In this document: piece after piece, positions 1 through 7,860 of the stretch
How the letters are laid out: every line of letters begins with the position of its first letter
Numbering within the stretch: position 1 is the stretch's first letter
Assembly (NCBI GenBank): GCA_965203545.1
Contig: OZ241899.1
Span: 1,358,291 to 1,422,290 of the forward strand
DNA: 64,000 bases
Reading direction: 5' to 3'
Source: Tepidiformaceae bacterium
GTDB lineage: Bacteria; Chloroflexota; Dehalococcoidia; Tepidiformales; Tepidiformaceae
Program-made: the position numbers and the translations under genes
Notes under the pieces: generated by a model
Database searches by the model: none
Told to the model about the DNA's origin: nothing
The model's input: only the letters and a program-made list of their open reading frames with translations

Positions 1-978
1 GGCGAGGTCGGCGGGGAGCATGCCCTCGACGCCGATGAAGTTGTGGACGCCGTGGGAGGCGGCGTTGCGCGCCGGGGAGGGCGCGTCGAAGACGGCGACG
101 GACTTGCGGGCGCGAACGAGCACGAGCGCCGCCTGCAGGCCCGCGGGCCCACCGCCGACGATGGCGACATCGACCTTTTCCTCGGCGGGCTCGACGGTCG
201 GCGGCTCCGACTGGGCGGGCTGGGGGGCGGAGACGGGCGGGGCGCCGGGAGCGCCGCCGATGGCCGCCGCCGACCCCGGCGCCACCTGGGGCGGCATCGG
301 GGAATCGGTCTGCTGGGCGTCGACGCTGAACTGGGCGAGGGCCATGGTGTTGGCCACTCCCGAAAAGCCGTGCTTCCCCGCGACGACGGTGGCGGGAAGC
401 TCGCTCAGCCCGAGTTGCTGCAGGATCTCGGGGAACGTTTCGGCCTCGATGACGGTGGCCTCGATCTTGTTCGAAAAGAGGGCAAGCTGGTAGGCGCTTG
501 CCACCGCTTGCGCCCCCGCCGGGTGACGCATCGAGCCGACCACGACGATGGAGAGGGTGTCGGTGAGGCGGTCGAGCACCTCGGCGAGGGCGGCGGGCGG
601 GGAGGGTGGCGCGGGGAAGGCGGAGATGACCTCGACCAGCACCTCGAAGAAGAGGCCCTGGGGCAGGCCGTAGTAGCGGAGGGGCGGAGCGCCGCCGCCG
701 CGCCGGAGGAGGATGGCGGGGACGCGCTCGACGTTCCAGCTCTCGACAAGCTGGGGCTCAGCGTGGAACTCGTGCGTGACGAGGCGGAGCTTCGGCGAGA
801 CGCCGACGAGGTCCTCGAGCGTCTCCTTCGTGGGGCCACAGGCGGGGCAGGGGGTGCGGGGCGCGGCGCCGGGCACGATGAGCCCGCTCTCGCCCTGGTG
901 GAAGTAGTCGATCGTGACGGGGGCGGAGAGCAGCTCGAACCGCTGCCGGAGGGCGGCGAGGACGTTCTCGGGAATCAT
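1..978 (-). CDS. FAD-dependent thioredoxin-reductase-like oxidoreductase fused to an N-terminal AhpF/PDO-like double thioredoxin-fold module (3' end lies beyond the window)
   Basis: The gene runs off the left edge, so it is absent from the ORF track. My minus-strand translation from the ATG at 978-976 reads MIPENVLAALRQRFELL...TPCPACGPTKE (Trx fold with CPAC). A second Trx-like repeat without CxxC follows, then a Pro/Ala-rich linker, then EKVDVAIVGGGPAGLQAALVLVRA (GxGxxG Rossmann motif, about 180-110). Its start forms an ATGA overlap with the upstream stop at 975-978. Confidence 0.75.
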   Translation of the reverse strand, partial: MIPENVLAALRQRFELLSAPVTIDYFHQGESGLIVPGAAPRTPCPACGPTKETLEDLVGVSPKLRLVTHEFHAEPQLVESWNVERVPAILLRRGGGAPPLRYYGLPQGLFFEVLVEVISAFPAPPSPPAALAEVLDRLTDTLSIVVVGSMRHPAGAQAVASAYQLALFSNKIEATVIEAETFPEILQQLGLSELPATVVAGKHGFSGVANTMALAQFSVDAQQTDSPMPPQVAPGSAAAIGGAPGAPPVSAPQPAQSEPPTVEPAEEKVDVAIVGGGPAGLQAALVLVRARKSVAVFDAPSPARNAASHGVHNFIGVEGMLPADLA

Positions 979-2054
979 GCGGGGCTCCCAACCGAGTCCG
1001 GGAAGGCGACGCCCGTCTCGGCGGCGAGCTCCCGGAGCTGGTCGACGACGGCGCTATCGAGGGGGATGCCGTTGGCCTCGCGGTCGGCGCGAGCTTCCGC
1101 CTCCTTGTCGCCGGGGATACGCACGCGGTCGACGCCGGGGGCGGGGACGATGGCGTGGATGCGGCCGGCGAGCTCGGCCATCTCGGCCCGGAACTCGGCG
1201 GGGTCGCGGAAGGCGTCGATGCGCCAGGCGGCGAACCACTGCCCCATGTGGGGCCGCGGCATGATCATCCCGAAACCGGCGCCGGAGAGGACCCCCGAGA
1301 GGATGTCGGAAACGAGGCCGAGGCCGTAGCCCTTGTAGGAGCTGGTTTCGAGGGAGGAGCCAAGGGGAAGGAGGGCGCCGCCCTGGCCGAGGGCGGAGGG
1401 GTCGTCGCTGCTGCGGCCCTGGTCGTCGACGGCCCAACCGGCTGGCAGGCGCTTGCCCTGGCGCCCGGCGATCTCGAGCTTGCCACCGGCGACGGCGGTC
1501 GTGGCCATGTCGAGGGAAAAAGGCTCGCGGCCCTCGATGGGCGCGGCGAACGCGAGCGGGTTCGTGCCGAACGCGCGCTCGGCGCCACCGGCGGGGACGG
1601 CGAGCACGGGCGTATTGCAGCTCGCCATGCCAATCAGGCCCCGGGCGGCGGCGCGCTCGGCGTAGTAGCCGGCGGCCCCGAAGTGGCGTCCGTTGCGGAT
1701 GGTGACCATGCCGATGCCGTTCGCCTCAGCGCGAGCGATACAGCGGTCCATGGCGTCGACGGCGACGACGACGCCCATGCCGCCATCGCCGTCGAGGGCG
1801 AGGGTGGCGGGCGTCTCGCGCAGGATGCGGACGGTGGGCGTCGCATTCACGCGGCCGTCGCGCAGGCCGGGCACGTAGCCGCCGTGCCAGGTGAGGTGGG
1901 CAATGCCGTGGGACTCGATGCCCTTCAGGTCGGCGTCGATGAGCACCTCGGCGGCGGTGGTGGCATCAGCCGCGGGCATGCCGAAATGCTCGAGGGTGGC
2001 GGCGGTGTGGACGCGCAGGGCGGCGGCCTCGAAGCGGTCGCGGGAGTCGGGCAT
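975..2054 (-). CDS. Ldh_2 family (type-2 malate/L-lactate/ureidoglycolate dehydrogenase-like) oxidoreductase
   Basis: 359-aa ORF with family-typical segments DLKGIESHGIAHL, RHFGAAGYY and AFGTNPLAFAAP. Confidence 0.8.
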   Translation of the reverse strand: MPDSRDRFEAAALRVHTAATLEHFGMPAADATTAAEVLIDADLKGIESHGIAHLTWHGGYVPGLRDGRVNATPTVRILRETPATLALDGDGGMGVVVAVDAMDRCIARAEANGIGMVTIRNGRHFGAAGYYAERAAARGLIGMASCNTPVLAVPAGGAERAFGTNPLAFAAPIEGREPFSLDMATTAVAGGKLEIAGRQGKRLPAGWAVDDQGRSSDDPSALGQGGALLPLGSSLETSSYKGYGLGLVSDILSGVLSGAGFGMIMPRPHMGQWFAAWRIDAFRDPAEFRAEMAELAGRIHAIVPAPGVDRVRIPGDKEAEARADREANGIPLDSAVVDQLRELAAETGVAFPDSVGSPA

Positions 2055-2132
2055 CCGCGTGATTGTCGGGGACGGGGGCCTGGAACGCGAGCGGGAGCGG
2101 CTGCGTAGACTTGCCGCCGAGCAGGAGGCCGC

Positions 2133-3134
2133 ATGAGGCAGGAGCCGATCCCGGTGGTGGTGTCCTTCCCGCTGACGGAGCGGACACGGGCGACGATCGA
2201 GGGCGCATCGCCGCTGGTGCGCATCCTCGACTACCCCACGGAACGCATCGCACCGGGCGCGTTCCGCCCTCCGCCGACGGACGAGCAGGCGGCGATCCTG
2301 GGCGAGGCGGAGGTGCTGTTCGGGTCACATCTCGACCCGATCGCGGTGCACGAGACCGCCCCGAACCTGAGGTGGTTCCAGGTGCTGACGGCAGGGCTCG
2401 ATGAACTGATCGCGCAGGGCATCCTCGAAAAGGACTTTGTCATCACGACGATGAGCGGCGTCGGGGCGGTGCCGATCGCGGAGTACTGCATGGGCGTGAT
2501 GGTGATGCTGGAGAAGGACCTGCACGAAACGATGCGGGACCAGGTTGAGCATCGCTGGAACTTCCACTTTGCCGGGCAGCTGAAGGGGAAGACGTGCGGG
2601 ATCGTGGGGCTGGGGGCGATCGGGCGGGAGCTGGCGCGGCGGGCGCGGGCGTTTGGGATGCGCGTCGTGGCGACGCGCCGCAGCGCCCAACCCGGCGACA
2701 CCGACCCGGACGTGGACGTGCTGCTGCCGTCGAGCGAGTTGCCGCAGCTGCTGGCGGAGTCAGATTACGTCAATCTGTGCGTCCCGCTGACGCCGGATAC
2801 GGACGGGATGATCGGGGCGGATGAGCTGGCGCTGATGAAGCCCGAGGCCTCGATCGTGAACATCGCTCGGGCGACGGTGATCGACACGGACGCACTGCTC
2901 GAAGCACTGCGAGAGGGACGGATCGCGGGGGCGGCGCTCGACGTACACGACCCTGAACCGTTGCCGGAGGACAGCCCCTTCTGGGATATGCCGAACGTGA
3001 TCGTGACGCCTCACCGCTCGGGTTCGATCCACGGCTACTTCGACCGGGCGGCGGAGTTCTTCGCCGAGAACCTGCAGCGGTATGTTCGCGACGAACCGCT
3101 CGCGAACGTGGTCGGGCGCGAGCGGGGGTACTAG
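2133..3134 (+). CDS. D-isomer-specific 2-hydroxyacid dehydrogenase family protein
   Basis: 333-aa ORF with the NAD loop GIVGLGAIGRELARRARAFGMRV, then IVNIARA and a catalytic-His region VTPHRSG. GGAGG lies 7 nt upstream of the ATG. Confidence 0.85.
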   Translation: MRQEPIPVVVSFPLTERTRATIEGASPLVRILDYPTERIAPGAFRPPPTDEQAAILGEAEVLFGSHLDPIAVHETAPNLRWFQVLTAGLDELIAQGILEKDFVITTMSGVGAVPIAEYCMGVMVMLEKDLHETMRDQVEHRWNFHFAGQLKGKTCGIVGLGAIGRELARRARAFGMRVVATRRSAQPGDTDPDVDVLLPSSELPQLLAESDYVNLCVPLTPDTDGMIGADELALMKPEASIVNIARATVIDTDALLEALREGRIAGAALDVHDPEPLPEDSPFWDMPNVIVTPHRSGSIHGYFDRAAEFFAENLQRYVRDEPLANVVGRERGY

Positions 3135-3164
3135 CTCCCGGGCACGGCTAGCTCCCGGGCACGG
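3131..3164. repeat. Perfect 17-bp tandem duplication (ctagctcccgggcacgg x2) spanning the stops of two convergent genes
   Basis: Read directly: 3131-3147 is identical to 3148-3164. Copy 1 contains the TAG stop of the + gene (3132-3134). Copy 2 contains CTA, the stop of the - gene (3148-3150). Confidence 0.95.
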
Positions 3165-3975
3165 CGGCGGCGTTCCGCTCGCGCGCCCAGGCGTGCGCCT
3201 CCTCGGAGGCGACCCACTGGATCGCATTCGAGAGCAGCCTGCGGTAGTTCGGGTTGTTGTAGGACGTGGGCACGTCGCCGGGCTGGATGTAGACGATCGG
3301 GCTGTTGTAGTGGTTCTTGGCCCACGAGACCATGTTGCTGGTCGGCGGGTGGGTCCAGTCGCCGCGTTCGTACATGCGCCGCTCGTGGACGACGAGGGCG
3401 GGCGAGAAGAAGTTCTTGTAGGTGAACTCGAAGTCGCTACGGAGGAGCGGGACGACGTTGTCCTCGAAGTAGGGCGCGAGGTAGAGCTCGTCCTGCAGCT
3501 CGAACTGGGGATCGAGGCCTTCGACGACGGGGTGCTCGGGCTTGACGACGGTAACGTTGTGATTCACCGCGAGCAGGTACCCGGAGTCGGGCCACTGCTG
3601 CCCGCGAAGCTCTCCGGGGTCGTAGAAGAAGCGGCCACCGACCATCTCGGCGTACTCCTCCCAGGCGGGCCAGGAGCAGATGTTGTGATGGATCGTGACC
3701 ATGCCCTTGCCCTCGGTGAGGAGGGCGCGGTAGCCGTCCTTGAGGGACTGGGGCGGGTCGGCATCGCCGATCCCGCGCCCGGGCATGCTGTAGTCGACGA
3801 TGACGTCGTAGGGCGCGGCCGCATCGGCGTTGAAGAACGCCTGCGCGGCGGGTTGCTCGACATGGGTCCAGGCGGAGATAGCGCCGTCGGCCTGGAACGA
3901 GTCGAACATGGAGAAGAAGGGTTCGCGCTGGAACGGGTGGCCCTTCGTGGCGAGGAGGACGTTGGGGGAAGTCAT
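3148..3975 (-). CDS. ThuA-domain (trehalose-utilisation-like, class-I amidotransferase fold) protein
   Basis: I use the internal start MTSPNVLLATKGHPF (ATG at 3975) of the 385-aa track ORF. The upstream part of that ORF is Arg/Pro-rich shadow. The overall pattern (LLxTKGHP..., MVTIHHN, NPNYRRLLSNAIQW) resembles ThuA-family proteins. Confidence 0.65.
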   Translation of the reverse strand: MTSPNVLLATKGHPFQREPFFSMFDSFQADGAISAWTHVEQPAAQAFFNADAAAPYDVIVDYSMPGRGIGDADPPQSLKDGYRALLTEGKGMVTIHHNICSWPAWEEYAEMVGGRFFYDPGELRGQQWPDSGYLLAVNHNVTVVKPEHPVVEGLDPQFELQDELYLAPYFEDNVVPLLRSDFEFTYKNFFSPALVVHERRMYERGDWTHPPTSNMVSWAKNHYNSPIVYIQPGDVPTSYNNPNYRRLLSNAIQWVASEEAHAWARERNAAAVPGS

Positions 3976-4095
3976 GGGAGCCTCCTGCTGATAACGGGGC
4001 CAGTGTGCTCCCACGGAAGAGGCATCGCAACGGGGGCGCGAGGGCTCGGTATCCTGTGCGCCGCGGCGCCCTGACGCGCCATCGGAGGTAGCGGC

Positions 4096-5208
4096 ATGGC
4101 GAAGCGGGTGCTGATCGCGGGAGCGTCGGGGCTGGTGGGGTATGCGGCGGTGCGGCACTTCGCGACGCTGCCGGGCTGGGAGGCGGTCGGGGTCTCGCGA
4201 CGGGTGCCGGCGGGACTGCCGGAGGAGTCGGAGTTGCTCTCGGTCGACCTGCTCGACGCGGAGGCGTGCGAGCGCGTCTTCGGGGCGATGTCGAACGTGA
4301 CGCACCTCGTGTACGCGGCGCTCCAGGAGGTGCCGGGGCTGATGCCGGGCTGGGTCGACCCGGAGGTGATCGAGCGGAACGCCAGCATGCTGCGGAACCT
4401 GTTCGAGCCGCTGTCGCGGGCAGCCTCAGGGCTCGAGCATGTGTCGCTGCTGCACGGCACGAAGGCGTACGGGCTGCACCACCCGAGCATCGGGGCGGAG
4501 GGCGTGAAGGTGCCGCTGCGGGAGCGAGAGCCGCGCAGGGAGCACCCGAACTTCTACTTCGAGCAGGAGGACTACCTGCGGGCGCGGCAGGCGGAGGGAG
4601 GCTGGGAACTGACAACGTGGCGGCCGACGGTGATCTACGGCGATGCGCCCGGGAACAACATGAACCCGATCCCGGTGATCGGAGCCTACGCGGCGCTGCT
4701 GCGGGAGGAAGGGAAGCCGCTGGACTTTCCGGGGAAGCCGGGAGCGCCGACGCTGCGGGAGGCGGTGGACGCGGACCTCGTGGCGCATGCGCTCTCGTGG
4801 GCGACGGAGGAGCCGGCGGCGTGGGGCGGGACGTTCAACCTGACGAACGGCGACGTGTTCATGTGGGAGAACGTCTGGCCGGCGATCGCGGAGACGCTGG
4901 GGATGGAGGCGGGGGAACCGCGCCAGATCTCGCTGGTGGAGGAGATGCCGAAGCGGGAAGCGGAGTGGGCGGCCCTGGTCGAGCGGTACGGGTTGACCTC
5001 GCCTGCCGACCTCGTGGAGTACTGCGGCTACAACTCGCTCATCTACGCCGACACGGTGCTGGGCGCGCCGAACCGGCCGCCGTTGCCCATCCTGAACAGC
5101 ACGATCGCGGTGCGGCAGGCGGGGTTCACCGAGTGCATGGACACAGAGGACATGTTCCGCAAGTGGTTCGCGCGCCTGCAGGAGGCAGGCGCGATTCCAC
5201 CGGGGTAG
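4096..5208 (+). CDS. Extended SDR / NAD-dependent epimerase-dehydratase family protein (progesterone-5beta-reductase-like)
   Basis: 370-aa ORF. The N-terminus VLIAGASGLVGYAAVRHF has a glycine-rich NAD motif, and WRPTVIYG is typical of this subgroup. GGAGG lies upstream. Confidence 0.7.
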   Translation: MAKRVLIAGASGLVGYAAVRHFATLPGWEAVGVSRRVPAGLPEESELLSVDLLDAEACERVFGAMSNVTHLVYAALQEVPGLMPGWVDPEVIERNASMLRNLFEPLSRAASGLEHVSLLHGTKAYGLHHPSIGAEGVKVPLREREPRREHPNFYFEQEDYLRARQAEGGWELTTWRPTVIYGDAPGNNMNPIPVIGAYAALLREEGKPLDFPGKPGAPTLREAVDADLVAHALSWATEEPAAWGGTFNLTNGDVFMWENVWPAIAETLGMEAGEPRQISLVEEMPKREAEWAALVERYGLTSPADLVEYCGYNSLIYADTVLGAPNRPPLPILNSTIAVRQAGFTECMDTEDMFRKWFARLQEAGAIPPG

Positions 5209-5229
5209 GGGAGCGGTTGGGGCGAGCGC

Positions 5230-5448
5230 CTACTTGAAGCGGTAGGTGATGCGGCCCTTGGAGAGGTCGTAGGGCGAGAGCTCGACGAGCACGCGGTCGC
5301 CGAGGAGCACCTTGATGCGGTAGCGGCGTACGCGACCGCTCACGTGGGCGAGCACCTCGTGTCCGTTGGCCAGCTCGACGCGGAAGACGGCGTTCGGTAG
5401 CGCCTGGGTGACGAGCCCTTCGACTTCGATGGATTCCTGTTTTGCCAC
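5230..5448 (-). CDS. infA: Translation initiation factor IF-1
   Basis: [71 protein letters not shown] is a canonical 72-aa IF-1. I start at the GTG at 5448 rather than the longer track start. Confidence 0.95.
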   Translation of the reverse strand: MAKQESIEVEGLVTQALPNAVFRVELANGHEVLAHVSGRVRRYRIKVLLGDRVLVELSPYDLSKGRITYRFK

Positions 5449-5496
5449 GGGCCAACCGTACCAGACAGCGCGCACTGGCGCTCGGCGGAACGCGCG

Positions 5497-6534
5497 TTAG
5501 ACGGGAATCCAGTGGAGCTTGCCGTCGCGCTTCACCTTGGAGAGCCGGCCCTCCTCGAAGAGGTGCTCCAGGTGCGAGAGGGTCTCGCCGACGGCGGCGC
5601 GCTGCATGAACGGCTCGAAGTCGTCGAGGGTGCCGGTGGCCCACTTGACTCGGCCGGCCACGTCCCAGGCGGTGGCGCCGGCATCCACGCAGCGCATCAT
5701 CTCGTCGAGGCGCTCGCGGTGGTGGTCGTGGATCTCGTTCACGCGGCGCTTCAGCTCCTTGATGTCGAACTCGTGCGCGGGAAGCACGTGGTCCACGTCG
5801 AGCTTGGCAACGATGTCGAGGGAGCGGATGTAATCGCCAAGAGGGTCGCCGGCGCTCTGGGAGTGCATCGAGACGTTGGGGGTGATCGTGGGGAGGATGT
5901 GGTCGCCGCTGAAGAGGAGCTTGCGGTTGGGCTCGTAGAGGCAGATGTGGCCGGGGGCGTGACCCGGCGTCCAGATGATCTCGAAGTGGAAGTCACCGGC
6001 GCTCAGGGTCTCGCCGCCGTGGACCTTGTAGTCGGGGGCGGCAGGCTGGACCTTGTCGAGCATGTCCATGGAGCCGCGGGACATCTCGGGCGCCTTCATC
6101 TCGGGCACGCCGTGCTGGCCCATGTACTTCTGCATCTCGTCGGTGAGGCCGCGGGGCGCGTAGTAGCGGGAGGCGATGAAGTCGGCCTCGCGCTCGTGCA
6201 TGATGACCTCGCAGTCTGAGACCTGCTTGAGGCGGCCCGACATGCCGTAGTGGTCGGGGTGGACGTGCGTGATGACGAGTTGCGTGATCTCGGAGGGGTG
6301 GCTGCCGAACTCGCCCATGCCCTCCTCAAGGGCGGCGTAGGCGACATCGGTGTTCCAGCCGCAGTCGACGAGCATCGTGTCCGACCCATGCTTGATCAGG
6401 TAGGGCATGACGTAGGGCAGGCCCTTGGTCACACGGGGGGCCTTCTCCAGCTCGACGCGGAGCTTCTTCGCCTCCTCGTACTTGTACTGGGGGAAGGGCG
6501 TAAGAAGCTGGTAGACGCCGTCGAGAATCTTCAT
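5497..6534 (-). CDS. MBL-fold metallo-hydrolase
   Basis: HVHPDHYG (HxHxDH) motif, with downstream GHAPGH. The start ATG at 6534 is preceded by AGGAG. The track start at 6549 is a TTG. Confidence 0.85.
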   Translation of the reverse strand: MKILDGVYQLLTPFPQYKYEEAKKLRVELEKAPRVTKGLPYVMPYLIKHGSDTMLVDCGWNTDVAYAALEEGMGEFGSHPSEITQLVITHVHPDHYGMSGRLKQVSDCEVIMHEREADFIASRYYAPRGLTDEMQKYMGQHGVPEMKAPEMSRGSMDMLDKVQPAAPDYKVHGGETLSAGDFHFEIIWTPGHAPGHICLYEPNRKLLFSGDHILPTITPNVSMHSQSAGDPLGDYIRSLDIVAKLDVDHVLPAHEFDIKELKRRVNEIHDHHRERLDEMMRCVDAGATAWDVAGRVKWATGTLDDFEPFMQRAAVGETLSHLEHLFEEGRLSKVKRDGKLHWIPV

Positions 6535-6675
6535 GGGGGCTCCTGGCAAGGCTGGGACAAGCGGGGTGTTACGCGTTCGCGGGAGTCAAAATCGTACGGG
6601 CCCGGTCGCGCACACGCCACGCCGGGCGACTTCGGCGGGTAAGCTGAGCGGCCAGCAATCCCGGGAGCGCCCGCA

Positions 6676-7860
6676 GTGTCCCTCACGATTCCTGAACGCC
6701 TCGACGACCTCACGCCCGAGTGGCTGACCGCAGCGCTGCGCGAGTCGGGAGAGCTGGCGCCGGCCGCCAGCGTGACGTCGTCCGACCAGGAGATCCTCGG
6801 CGAGGGGGAGGGATTCCTGGGCGACATCGTGCGGCTGACGCTGGGTTACGAGGGCGGGGCCGGACCGGCGACGGTTATCGCGAAGATGCCGAAGCTTGCC
6901 AACCGCGCGATGGGAGAGCTGCTCGGCGCCTACGAGCGGGAGAGCTGCTTTTACGACGAGATGGCGGCCGACCTCCCCCTGACGACCCCGCGGATGTATT
7001 ACGGCGACTTCGATCGGGATGTGGCATCGGAACGGCAGGAGGCCGCACTGAAGCTGGCCGACCGGACGCCTCGCCTGCTGACGGGGCTCATGACCCGGCT
7101 GGGGATGTGGGTCTCGGGGCGGAAGAAGCGGCGCTACATCCTCCTCCTGGAGGACATCGGAGACGCGGAGCCCGGGGATCAGCTGACGGGCGTCTCGCCG
7201 CAGCGCTGCGCCACCGTGCTGGTGGCGCTCGCGCGGATGCATGCCGCCTACTGGGAGAGCGAGACGCTCCAGAACCGCTTCTGGCTGGTCCCCCTGAGCA
7301 TCGACGCGCGCATCCGCAACGGGCTGTTCAGGGATTCGCAGCCGACTTTCCGGGAGCGGTTCGCCCACCTGGTCGACGACCGGTTCGACCGGGCGATGGC
7401 GTGGACGCTGGAGCACGGCGAGGCGGCGGCGCGGAGCCTCGATCGCGGAGCGCCGGCGACGCTGGTGCATTGCGACCCGCGGCTGGACAACGTGGCCTTC
7501 CGCGACGGCGAGCCGATCGTGTTCGACTGGCAGCTCGTACGGCGCGGACCGGCGGCCTACGACGTGGCCTACTTCCTCTCGGGGGCGTGTGCGGACCTGA
7601 CCCGCGAGGACGAGGCGGAGCTGCTCCAGGGCTACGCGGCGGCGCTGGCTGCGGCGGGAGTGGAGGGCTACTCGTACGAGGCGCTGGAGCGGGACTACCA
7701 CCTCGGGCTGCTGACAGCGATGCAGACCCTCACCGCCACGGACATGATGGACATGGGCGAAGGGCGAGGGCTGCAACTGATGGCGGCCTGGTACGAGCGG
7801 CTTGCCGCGCGCGTATCGGCCATCAACCTGGACCGCTTGAACGCGACACTGAGGGCGTAA
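6676..7860 (+). CDS. APH-fold phosphotransferase, ecdysteroid-kinase-like (EcKL/CHK) family, paralog 1
   Basis: 394 aa. Glycine-rich loop region LGEGEGFLGDI and catalytic loop LVHCDPRLDNVAF (HxDxxxxN). GTG start with GGGAG 8 nt upstream. Confidence 0.75.
   Translation: MSLTIPERLDDLTPEWLTAALRESGELAPAASVTSSDQEILGEGEGFLGDIVRLTLGYEGGAGPATVIAKMPKLANRAMGELLGAYERESCFYDEMAADLPLTTPRMYYGDFDRDVASERQEAALKLADRTPRLLTGLMTRLGMWVSGRKKRRYILLLEDIGDAEPGDQLTGVSPQRCATVLVALARMHAAYWESETLQNRFWLVPLSIDARIRNGLFRDSQPTFRERFAHLVDDRFDRAMAWTLEHGEAAARSLDRGAPATLVHCDPRLDNVAFRDGEPIVFDWQLVRRGPAAYDVAYFLSGACADLTREDEAELLQGYAAALAAAGVEGYSYEALERDYHLGLLTAMQTLTATDMMDMGEGRGLQLMAAWYERLAARVSAINLDRLNATLRA

Noticed and set aside
43-1329. 428-aa plus-strand ORF (with neighbours 405-839 and 914-1264) overlapping the first two genes
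   Set aside because: The translation is Gly/Arg/Asp/Ala-rich and low in complexity, which is typical of antisense shadow ORFs in high-GC DNA. The opposite strand encodes recognisable Trx-fold/TrxR and Ldh_2 proteins with proper start/stop coupling.
3437-4615. 392-aa minus-strand ORF and other very long Arg/Pro/Ala-rich ORFs (e.g. 6586-7776 -, 26948-28522 -, 43625-45454 -, 45665-46876 -, 60503-62503 +)
   Set aside because: All lie antisense or out of frame to genes with clear family motifs. Their compositions (runs of R, P, A, G) and lack of any motif mark them as GC-driven open frames, not genes.
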